A stretch of 64,000 bases of DNA from Clostridiales bacterium (GTDB lineage Bacteria; Bacillota; Clostridia; Christensenellales; UBA1242): assembly GCA_015055515.1 (NCBI GenBank), contig SVIC01000003.1:15435-79434 (forward strand), given 5' to 3'. This document shows, piece after piece, positions 9,656 to 15,685 of this stretch (positions within the stretch are counted from its first letter, which is position 1; every line of letters begins with the position of its first letter). A program made the translations under genes and the position numbers. The notes below the pieces were generated by a model, which had not been told where the DNA came from, made no database searches, and was given only the letters and a program-made list of their open reading frames with translations.

Positions 9656-10498
9656 TTAACAATATTCTCTATGTAAAATCATATCATAATCCCCGAAATT
9701 CTTCTTAGATACCGCAACGCTAACATTGTCATATACCTTACTCTTGCCACCTCCTATTATGTTAATATTATCTGCACGAAAAACCAACATCTTCTCAGTA
9801 GTATTAACTGTGGACACATCTATGTAATGTGCCGAAGGCAAATCATCGCCTGTAACAGACCCTAATAAAACCTTATGAATTGGAAAATTATTAAATATTT
9901 TGCAAAAACTTTTTAACTCTATAACAACACAAGGCACTCCGTTGTCATCAATAAGATTATTACCAGTATCTAGAAAAGCACGCAAGTGACATATTTTTCC
10001 ATTGACTATCAACGATATATCATAAAACAATGCACGTTGCCCAATCTTCGATGCCACATACTTAAATAGTCTAAGTAAAATACCCGCATACAGTAGTATT
10101 GGCACAACAAAGAGACTAAGCGGAATTTCAAAATTAAGAAAAATAAGACCACTAGTGGTGTACACAATATCAAATAAAGAAAGTGTAGCGATAAGAAATC
10201 CACCGAACAGAAAAGTTAAACCAACAAATAGAGAAAAATATGAAAACCACTGCTTAAGACTGCGATACTTTCTAACAAATATAGTCATTATTATACCCAC
10301 CGCAACTCTATAAATTACTAACAACGCCTCGTTATTAGTAATTAATGGCATAAATACAACAAATAGCGTTCCAATTAATGCCGAAAATATTAAGTTCTTG
10401 CGATTGACTGTAAGATTACAAATCTTTGAAGTAAGCGATAGTAGAACATAGTTAACTAAGATATTATCTATAATTACATACTCAATATATACTTCCAT
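9656..10498 (-). CDS. spoIIGA: Sigma-E processing peptidase SpoIIGA
   Basis: The 280-aa protein has five N-terminal TM helices and a C-terminal aspartic protease motif FLDTGN. It lies 18 nt upstream of sigE. Confidence 0.9.
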   Translation of the reverse strand: MEVYIEYVIIDNILVNYVLLSLTSKICNLTVNRKNLIFSALIGTLFVVFMPLITNNEALLVIYRVAVGIIMTIFVRKYRSLKQWFSYFSLFVGLTFLFGGFLIATLSLFDIVYTTSGLIFLNFEIPLSLFVVPILLYAGILLRLFKYVASKIGQRALFYDISLIVNGKICHLRAFLDTGNNLIDDNGVPCVVIELKSFCKIFNNFPIHKVLLGSVTGDDLPSAHYIDVSTVNTTEKMLVFRADNINIIGGGKSKVYDNVSVAVSKKNFGDYDMILHREYC

Positions 10499-10599
10499 CT
10501 CTCCTCCACTAATTTAATTACATTCTATCAATTAAAGTATAGGTATACGCAAGAAAAAAAAGTAAAATTAATACGATTTTAATGTCATTAAGTCGAAGT

Positions 10600-10628
10600 A
10601 AAAAAACACTAAGGTTATATCCCTAGTG
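10600..10628 (-). terminator. Rho-independent terminator of the small 10646..10783 gene
   Basis: The - strand has stem CACTAGGG/CCTTAGTG (10607..10628) followed by a T7 run (A-run 10600..10606 on the + strand). Confidence 0.65.
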
Positions 10629-10645
10629 CTTTATCGAAGATTTTA

Positions 10646-10783
10646 TTATTTTTTCATTTTTTCTACTTTTTTCTTTACCATATCGGTGCCTTTGTCTACC
10701 AATTCTTTTGCCTTAGGGCTATTCTGAACTAATAGTGCGCCAAAGACAACACCTACAGCAATACCTAATAAACATTCTTTCAT
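10646..10783 (-). CDS. Small (45 aa) membrane protein, YtxH-like pattern
   Basis: It is below the ORF-track size cutoff. A GGAGGTGG RBS lies 4 nt upstream of the ATG at 10783. The protein is MKECLLGIAVGVVFGALLVQNSPKAKELVDKGTDMVKKKVEKMKK, a Gly-rich helix followed by P-K-x-K-E-L and a charged tail. It has its own terminator. Confidence 0.55.
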   Translation of the reverse strand: MKECLLGIAVGVVFGALLVQNSPKAKELVDKGTDMVKKKVEKMKK

Positions 10784-10840
10784 CTTCCACCTCCGATATA
10801 TTTAGTGTTAGCAGAAAATGTCGAATTATACAGTTTTCTA

Positions 10841-11224
10841 TTACTTTTTAGCCTTGGCCTGTTTCTTTCTATAATTAGAGATGGCATCCTCTATAGCCTC
10901 TTTTGCCAATACCGAGCAATGTATCTTGTGTGTTGGCAATCCACCAAGATAATCAATTATCTCTTGATTTTCCAACTTCAAAGCTTCTTCTATAGACTTA
11001 CCCTTTATAATATCACAAGCAACAGAAGATGACACAATTGCCGCAGCACAACCAAACGTCTTAAATGACGCATCTTCAATTATTTCGTTATCATTAATTT
11101 TTAAGAATATTTGCATTATATCTCCGCAGGCCTCGTTGCCAACTTTACCTACGGCATTAGCACCCGGCAACTCACCTACATTCTTTGGATTCTTAAACAA
11201 ATCCATTACTTTCTCATTATACAT
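10841..11224 (-). CDS. iscU: Fe-S cluster scaffold protein IscU/NifU
   Basis: The 127-aa protein has NPKNVG, GNEACGD, FKTFGCAAAI and the conserved C-terminal HCS. Confidence 0.93.
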   Translation of the reverse strand: MYNEKVMDLFKNPKNVGELPGANAVGKVGNEACGDIMQIFLKINDNEIIEDASFKTFGCAAAIVSSSVACDIIKGKSIEEALKLENQEIIDYLGGLPTHKIHCSVLAKEAIEDAISNYRKKQAKAKK

Positions 11225-11235
11225 AGTTCATCCCC

Positions 11236-12411
11236 CTATTTTCTAGTCCTCTTCTTCTTAAGTGGGCTCATTGACCTCAACCTAGTTATTACCTCTACTA
11301 ACTTATCTATAACATAATCTACATCATCTTTTGTGATATCTACTCCAAAAGAAAATCTGATTGCTCCATTAATATCTTCATGACTTTTTCCCATCGCCTT
11401 CAATACATGACTTTTTTCTAAGCTACCAGATGCACATGCAGATCCCGTAGATACACATATACCTTCGAAATCAAGTAGCATTAATATACTCTCTCCCTCA
11501 ATATATTTGAAGCTAACGTTAACTATTCCTGGTGCTTTTTGAATAGCATTTCCATTAATAGAAATATCTGCAATACTATATTGCAATTTTTTAATAAAAT
11601 AATCGACTGTATTTGCAATTATCTTATTGGACTCTTTCATATTCGCTAAATTCAATTCCATGGCCTTGCCAAACCCAACTATAGCAGGTACATTGACAGT
11701 ACCGCCACGTCTATTCATTTCTTGCTCGCCACCTTGCATGAATTTCTTAATCTTAACACCTTTCTTAACATATAATGCACCTACACCTTTAGGTCCATGT
11801 ATCTTATGAGCCGACATAGACATTAAGTCGATATACATATCATTTACATCGAAATCTATTACACTCATCGCCTGCACAGCATCGGTATGAAAATACGCGC
11901 CATAATGATGTGCCGTCTCACCTATAGCCTTAATGTTCTGTATAGTCCCTACTTCATTATTTACACTCATTACAGATACCAGTATAGTATCTTTTCTAAT
12001 GCTTTTCATAATATCGAATAGCGATACCATACCAGTATTATCTACTGGAAGATAAGTTATCTCAAAACCCTCTTTTTCCAAATCTTTGCATGTATCAAGG
12101 ATACTATGATGCTCTATTGAAGACACAATAATATGTTTGCCCTTCGCCATATTGGCATAAGCAATACCCTTTAACGCCCAATTATTAGCCTCTGTGCCGC
12201 CAGATGTAAAGAATATTTCATCTCTCTTAGCCTTGATAGCACCAGCAATTATATCTCTTGCCTTATCAACCCCTGCACTAGCCTCTCTGCCTGCAGAGTG
12301 TAAACTATTAGAATTTCCATATATATCGGTGAAATATGGCAACATCTCATTTAGCACCTCACCATACACGCTGGTTGTTGCAGAATTATCTAAATACACT
12401 ATCTTACTCAT
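11236..12411 (-). CDS. iscS: Cysteine desulfurase (NifS/IscS type)
   Basis: The 391-aa protein has the PLP-lysine motif [10 protein letters not shown] and the active-site loop STGSACASG. Confidence 0.93.
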   Translation of the reverse strand: MSKIVYLDNSATTSVYGEVLNEMLPYFTDIYGNSNSLHSAGREASAGVDKARDIIAGAIKAKRDEIFFTSGGTEANNWALKGIAYANMAKGKHIIVSSIEHHSILDTCKDLEKEGFEITYLPVDNTGMVSLFDIMKSIRKDTILVSVMSVNNEVGTIQNIKAIGETAHHYGAYFHTDAVQAMSVIDFDVNDMYIDLMSMSAHKIHGPKGVGALYVKKGVKIKKFMQGGEQEMNRRGGTVNVPAIVGFGKAMELNLANMKESNKIIANTVDYFIKKLQYSIADISINGNAIQKAPGIVNVSFKYIEGESILMLLDFEGICVSTGSACASGSLEKSHVLKAMGKSHEDINGAIRFSFGVDITKDDVDYVIDKLVEVITRLRSMSPLKKKRTRK

Positions 12412-12802
12412 AATTATCTCCTATCATATCTTGTAGAGTTTTACTATCTAACAAATTATTTATTTCAGTATATATATAGTTAAATATGGATTTGCTTGGA
12501 CAAGTCACCTTGTCACACTTACCACTATTGCAATCAGCCAAGTACAAGTTGTCCTCCAATGCTCTCAATATCTCTCCTATAGATATTTCATTTGCTGGTC
12601 TAGATACAACATACCCACCGTTTGCACCACGCTCAGTAACTACCAAATCTGCCTTTTTCAATATTCCCAATATTTTCTCTAAATATGGAGCATTGACACC
12701 TGTACTCTTTGCCAATTCGCTAAGTGTGATCACTCTATCTGGACTTTGCCCCAGATAATACATTACACGAAGCCCATATCTGCCCTTTGTAGATAACTTC
12801 AT
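12404..12802 (-). CDS. iscR: Rrf2-family transcriptional regulator (IscR-like)
   Basis: The 132-aa protein starts [17 protein letters not shown] and has a wHTH. A Cys triad C-x4-C-x4-C ([11 protein letters not shown]) follows. It is the first gene of the isc operon and overlaps iscS by 8 nt. Confidence 0.85.
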   Translation of the reverse strand: MKLSTKGRYGLRVMYYLGQSPDRVITLSELAKSTGVNAPYLEKILGILKKADLVVTERGANGGYVVSRPANEISIGEILRALEDNLYLADCNSGKCDKVTCPSKSIFNYIYTEINNLLDSKTLQDMIGDNYE

Positions 12803-12819
12803 AATATACCCTACCTTTT

Positions 12820-12842
12820 TAGTCTGGTATAATTGTAGACTA
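12820..12842. promoter_or_regulatory. Dyad TAGTCT-N11-AGACTA overlapping the isc -10; candidate Rrf2 operator
   Basis: Perfect 6-bp inverted arms lie at 12820..12825 and 12837..12842, centred on the -10 hexamer. Confidence 0.4.
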
Positions 12843-12860
12843 TTTAATTATTATTGTCAA
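12832..12860 (-). promoter_or_regulatory. Sigma-A promoter of the iscR-iscS-iscU operon (TTGACA-17-TACAAT)
   Basis: The - strand has TTGACA at 12855..12860, a 17-nt spacer and TACAAT at 12832..12837, about 30 nt upstream of the iscR ATG. Confidence 0.7.
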
Positions 12861-12920
12861 CACATATTTTTATTTTTGATATATATTTAGAAAAAAACAA
12901 GAGAAATTTTAGCATTTCTC

Positions 12921-13922
12921 TTATTTCTCAAGACTAGAAATAGGCAAAGAATAAACATCTGTCAACTTTTTTCTATTAACAAGTCTATATTTCTTGCAAG
13001 CAGATTCGAATAATATATATACTTTATCGCCCTTTACAACCACCTCTTCTGACATGGATGGTGCATTTGTTGTAGATATTAAAGACTCTTCATCCAATAA
13101 CCACAGTGGTACAACACTACCATTAATAGTTATATTGGAATGATTTGCTTCAGACAATACATTCTCATAATAATATATATTGCTATCCGGAATACTGTAC
13201 GAAGTAGACATTACGAACTTACCTTCATTAGTTATATCTATACCCTGACACAACCCTCTGATTGATAAAGCCCTAACTGGAATCACACTGTCTATGCCAT
13301 ATGCTTTTGACTCATCTATATCATATGCAAAAACAACTGCTGGATTTGTCTCTCCTGATCTAGTTTGAATATGATGAGTAGCATCGGTAACATAATTACC
13401 ATCACGATAAAACTCTCCTACCCATAACAAACCTTCATGTTCAAATACAAAATCCGCACCATTATTTGTCGCAAACTTATCTATAATATCTATTTTGCTA
13501 CCACTATTCGCATTAAGAATATCATTTATATTAAAACGATAGCAATAACCACCTTCATCTGTAACAGACACAACCCAGCCAGTATTACCATAACACTGCA
13601 CCCCACCGACATGACCAGTAAAATCTGCACCATTATCAAGCAACGTTACATAGTGATTATCTCCACTGTCAGAATTAACCACATACAACCTAGAAGCAGA
13701 CCCATCACTCATATATCCACTAATAAGGAATGTATTATCATTTATTTCACTAAATCCTTGTGGAGTAAAATTAGAGTCCAATCCAGGTATTGCAAATTCC
13801 TTTGTTGCATTGCTAAAGAACTCTCCGTTCCAAGGAAAAAGAAAATAAATTCCTAATGCAAGCATAATAGCAATTAAAATACTTGCTATAACTATCAATA
13901 AAACTTTTAATTTCTTTAACAT
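12921..13922 (-). CDS. Hypothetical membrane-anchored extracytoplasmic protein
   Basis: The 333-aa ORF has an AGGAGA RBS and an N-terminal signal anchor (VLLIVIASILIAIMLALGIYFLF). The remainder is G/D/N/Y-rich and looks beta-rich. No family recognised. Confidence 0.7.
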   Translation of the reverse strand: MLKKLKVLLIVIASILIAIMLALGIYFLFPWNGEFFSNATKEFAIPGLDSNFTPQGFSEINDNTFLISGYMSDGSASRLYVVNSDSGDNHYVTLLDNGADFTGHVGGVQCYGNTGWVVSVTDEGGYCYRFNINDILNANSGSKIDIIDKFATNNGADFVFEHEGLLWVGEFYRDGNYVTDATHHIQTRSGETNPAVVFAYDIDESKAYGIDSVIPVRALSIRGLCQGIDITNEGKFVMSTSYSIPDSNIYYYENVLSEANHSNITINGSVVPLWLLDEESLISTTNAPSMSEEVVVKGDKVYILFESACKKYRLVNRKKLTDVYSLPISSLEK

Positions 13923-13958
13923 ACATTTTCTCCTATTAAAATAACAAATTGAATTACA

Positions 13959-14180
13959 TTACTTTCTTTTGTCACTTATTTCTACTTTTTCAAATCTTGG
14001 CACACCATTAATCTCCTCGATGAACATTTTGTATGGTCTTACCCACAATTTACATTCTCCATACAGAGCCCTATAGCATACCATTCTTTCTTTTGTTTCA
14101 GAATGTGTAGCAATATCTACTATAATATACAGATTTCCTGTCTTGTTATGTCTATAAATTTCATTTCTTATAACTTCCAT
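13959..14180 (-). CDS. DUF1653-like small protein
   Basis: The sequence YRHNKTGNLYIIVDIATHSETKERMVCYRALYGECKLWVRPYKMFIEEINGVPRFEKV fits the DUF1653 pattern as I recall it. I moved the start to the ATG at 14180 (GAGGAG RBS 5 nt upstream) instead of the track's 14225. Confidence 0.6.
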   Translation of the reverse strand: MEVIRNEIYRHNKTGNLYIIVDIATHSETKERMVCYRALYGECKLWVRPYKMFIEEINGVPRFEKVEISDKRK

Positions 14181-14240
14181 AATACTCCTCAATACGATTA
14201 TAAAAGAAATGAATATTAATAACAAATAAATATTATATAA

Positions 14241-14270
14241 AAATAAAAAACCGATTTATACAATCGGTTT
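14241..14270 (-). terminator. Terminator downstream of mscL
   Basis: The - strand has stem AAACCGATT/AATCGGTTT (14248..14256 / 14262..14270) followed by TTTATTT. Confidence 0.55.
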
Positions 14271-14278
14271 CTTATTAT

Positions 14279-14869
14279 CTATTTCTTTTTTGTCTCTTTT
14301 AACAAATCACGGATTTCTTTTAACAATTCTTCTTGTGTTGGATTAAGTAGTTTTTGCTCTGCTTCCAACTTTGCTTTCTCTTCAGCTGCTACCTTTGCCT
14401 TTTCGTCCGCAATACGCTTCTGCTCTGCCTCAAACTCTGCCCATACTTCCTTGTATGGTCTTCCTTCTTCTTTTGCCTTTTGTCTACAAGCCTTCTTCTG
14501 TGCTCTTACTTCTTTCTTAGATTGAGCCTCAACAAATTCACCTAGTTCTTTGAATTTCTGTCTAGAAGATACAACAATCTTAACCATAATAAATACAGAT
14601 AGAGCAATAATGAAGAAATCAATAACATATTGCAAGAAACTACCATATTTCCACAACAACTCTGTTCCATCTTCTCCAACCCTTAATACAAGACTAAGCT
14701 CTGATACACTAGCAGAACCAGTAAGAGCTGTAATAAGTGGCATAATTATATCATTAACAAGACTTGACACAATCTTGTTGAACGCAGTAGCAATAATCAT
14801 ACCTACAGCCAGGTCAAATACATTACCTCTAGTAATGAACGCCTTAAACTCTTTGAAAAACTTTCTCAT
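14279..14869 (-). CDS. mscL: Large-conductance mechanosensitive channel MscL with a long K/E/A-rich C-terminal extension
   Basis: The N-terminal 130 aa are canonical MscL (FKAFITRGNVFDLAVGMIIATAFNKIVSSLVNDIIMPLI). About 60 extra C-terminal residues follow (EAEQKRIADEKAKVAAEEKAKLEAEQK...). Confidence 0.9.
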   Translation of the reverse strand: MRKFFKEFKAFITRGNVFDLAVGMIIATAFNKIVSSLVNDIIMPLITALTGSASVSELSLVLRVGEDGTELLWKYGSFLQYVIDFFIIALSVFIMVKIVVSSRQKFKELGEFVEAQSKKEVRAQKKACRQKAKEEGRPYKEVWAEFEAEQKRIADEKAKVAAEEKAKLEAEQKLLNPTQEELLKEIRDLLKETKKK

Positions 14870-14900
14870 TTATTTTCTCCTTTGTTATACTAACTACTAT

Positions 14901-14929
14901 ATACTATCATAAAAAAAATAAAATTTCAA
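14901..14929 (-). promoter_or_regulatory. Sigma-A promoter of mscL (TTGAAA-17-TGaTAGTAT)
   Basis: The - strand has TTGAAA at 14924..14929, a 17-nt spacer and an extended -10 with TAGTAT at 14901..14906. Confidence 0.55.
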
Positions 14930-15010
14930 TAATATTAGTCGATATTTATATTAAAGAAAAACCTTAATCAACTTATATTCGTTCACTCCAACAGAATAAA
15001 AATCTCTCTG

Positions 15011-15182
15011 CAAACTAGCGTTCGTTAAGGTGGGGGTAATTAAACAACAAAAAATCACTCGTAAAGAGTGACCATTTTGGTAGGGATGAGTGGACTCATC
15101 TCTACCAACTTATTAACCTTATGAGCCCACTCAACAAAAAATGACCTTACGGTCATTGTTTTGGTAGGGATGAGTGGACTCG
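15011..15182 (-). repeat. Copy 1 of a 172-bp direct repeat (period 282 bp) made of the tRNA-Ile trailer plus the tRNA-Ile 3' end
   Basis: It is identical to 15293..15464 except at 15012/15294, 15039/15321 and 15064/15346. It contains two copies of the 23-mer ttttggtagggatgagtggactc (15075..15097 and 15159..15181) and three small hairpins. Confidence 0.95.
15078..15107. other. 30-nt near-perfect palindrome formed by the tRNA-Ile 3' end and its inverted complement (copy 1)
   Basis: The sequence TGGTAGGGATGAGT-GG-ACTCATCTCTACCA has 13 to 14 pairs including one G-T. One arm equals the acceptor 3' strand plus CCA of tRNA-Ile. Confidence 0.85.
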
Positions 15183-15233
15183 CCCCGTTTGTCGGGCAGG
15201 GTCCCCGACTACAAGCCGACCCCCACACTTATA
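15159..15233 (-). pseudogene. tRNA-Ile 3'-part relic in which 5 nt of the T arm are replaced by a 33-nt GC-rich segment
   Basis: The - strand reads ATAAGtGTGGGGGTCGG-[33 nt, 15183..15215]-CGAGTCCACTCATCCCTACCA, against the intact ATAAGGTGGGGGTCGG-TGGTT-CGAGTCCACTCATCCCTACCA. There is no D arm or 5' acceptor strand upstream. Confidence 0.75.
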
Positions 15234-15359
15234 TTTTTCTTGTCAGAAAAATGAAGGCACAGTTCCACTCTGATACAATCTTTTAGATTGTACGAACTAG
15301 CGTTCGTTAAGGTGGGGGTATTTAAACAACAAAAAATCACTCGTAGAGAGTGACCATTT

Positions 15360-15389
15360 TGGTAGGGATGAGTGGACTCATCTCTACCA
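15360..15389. other. 30-nt tRNA-3'-end palindrome (copy 2)
   Basis: The sequence is identical to 15078..15107. Confidence 0.85.
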
Positions 15390-15415
15390 ACTTATTAACC
15401 TTATGAGCCCACTCA

Positions 15416-15439
15416 ACAAAAAATGACCTTACGGTCATT
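15416..15439 (-). terminator. Terminator-like hairpin immediately 3' of tRNA-Ile (duplicated at 15134..15157)
   Basis: After the CCA, the - strand reads aaaac-AATGACC-GTAA-GGTCATT-TTTT. This is a 7-bp stem with a GNRA loop and a short T-run. Confidence 0.45.
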
Positions 15440-15443
15440 GTTT

Positions 15444-15520
15444 TGGTAGGGATGAGTGGACTCGAACCACCGACCCCCACCTTATCAGAGTGGTGCTCTA
15501 ACCGGCTGAGCTACATCCCT
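15444..15520 (-). tRNA. tRNA-Ile (anticodon GAU), CCA encoded
   Basis: The reverse complement is AGGGATGTAGCTCAGCCGGTTAGAGCACCACTCTGATAAGGTGGGGGTCGGTGGTTCGAGTCCACTCATCCCTACCA. It folds by hand into a full cloverleaf: 7-bp acceptor stem, GCTC/GAGC D stem, CCACT/GGTGG anticodon stem, CTGATAA loop and a GGTGG-TTCGAGT-CCACT T arm. Confidence 0.93.
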
Positions 15521-15557
15521 ATATGCTAAAATTAAAGAGTTTAGCCTCATCTTGTGG

Positions 15558-15645
15558 GACCCACCTTATATTTTCCTAAAGGAAAATGGCGTTCGCTTCG
15601 CTCGGCTCCAGAGTGGTGCTCTAACCGGCTTAAGTTTCTATCCCT
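15558..15645 (-). pseudogene. tRNA-Ile-derived relic (5' two-thirds) with a 39-nt insertion inside the anticodon
   Basis: The - strand reads AGGGATAGAAACTTAAGCCGGTTAGAGCACCACTCTG-[39 nt, 15570..15608]-ATAAGGTGGGTC. It has a degenerate acceptor/D region and no T arm. The same ATAT 5' flank precedes it as precedes the intact gene. Confidence 0.8.
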
Positions 15646-15685
15646 ATATTCATGTTTTACCGACTTTATCATCTGTCAATTAAAT

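Larger units (their letters stand above)
15293..15464 (-). repeat. Copy 2 of the 172-bp direct repeat; its right end is the 3' end of the intact tRNA-Ile
   Basis: See copy 1. The 23-mer copies are at 15357..15379 and 15441..15463, and the latter lies within the functional tRNA-Ile gene and its 3' flank. Confidence 0.95.

Noticed and set aside
10632-10638. There is a second Spo0A-box-like heptamer, TATCGAA.
   Set aside because: It lies between the stop codon and the terminator hairpin of the small 45-aa gene, which is upstream of a terminator relative to spoIIGA. It has two mismatches to TGTCGAA and is unlikely to be functional.
15011-15645. The direct repeats in the tRNA region could be a small CRISPR array.
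   Set aside because: There are only two long (172-bp) copies and four 23-mers at irregular spacing. All the repeats derive from tRNA-Ile sequence. There are no uniform repeat-spacer units and no cas genes in the window.
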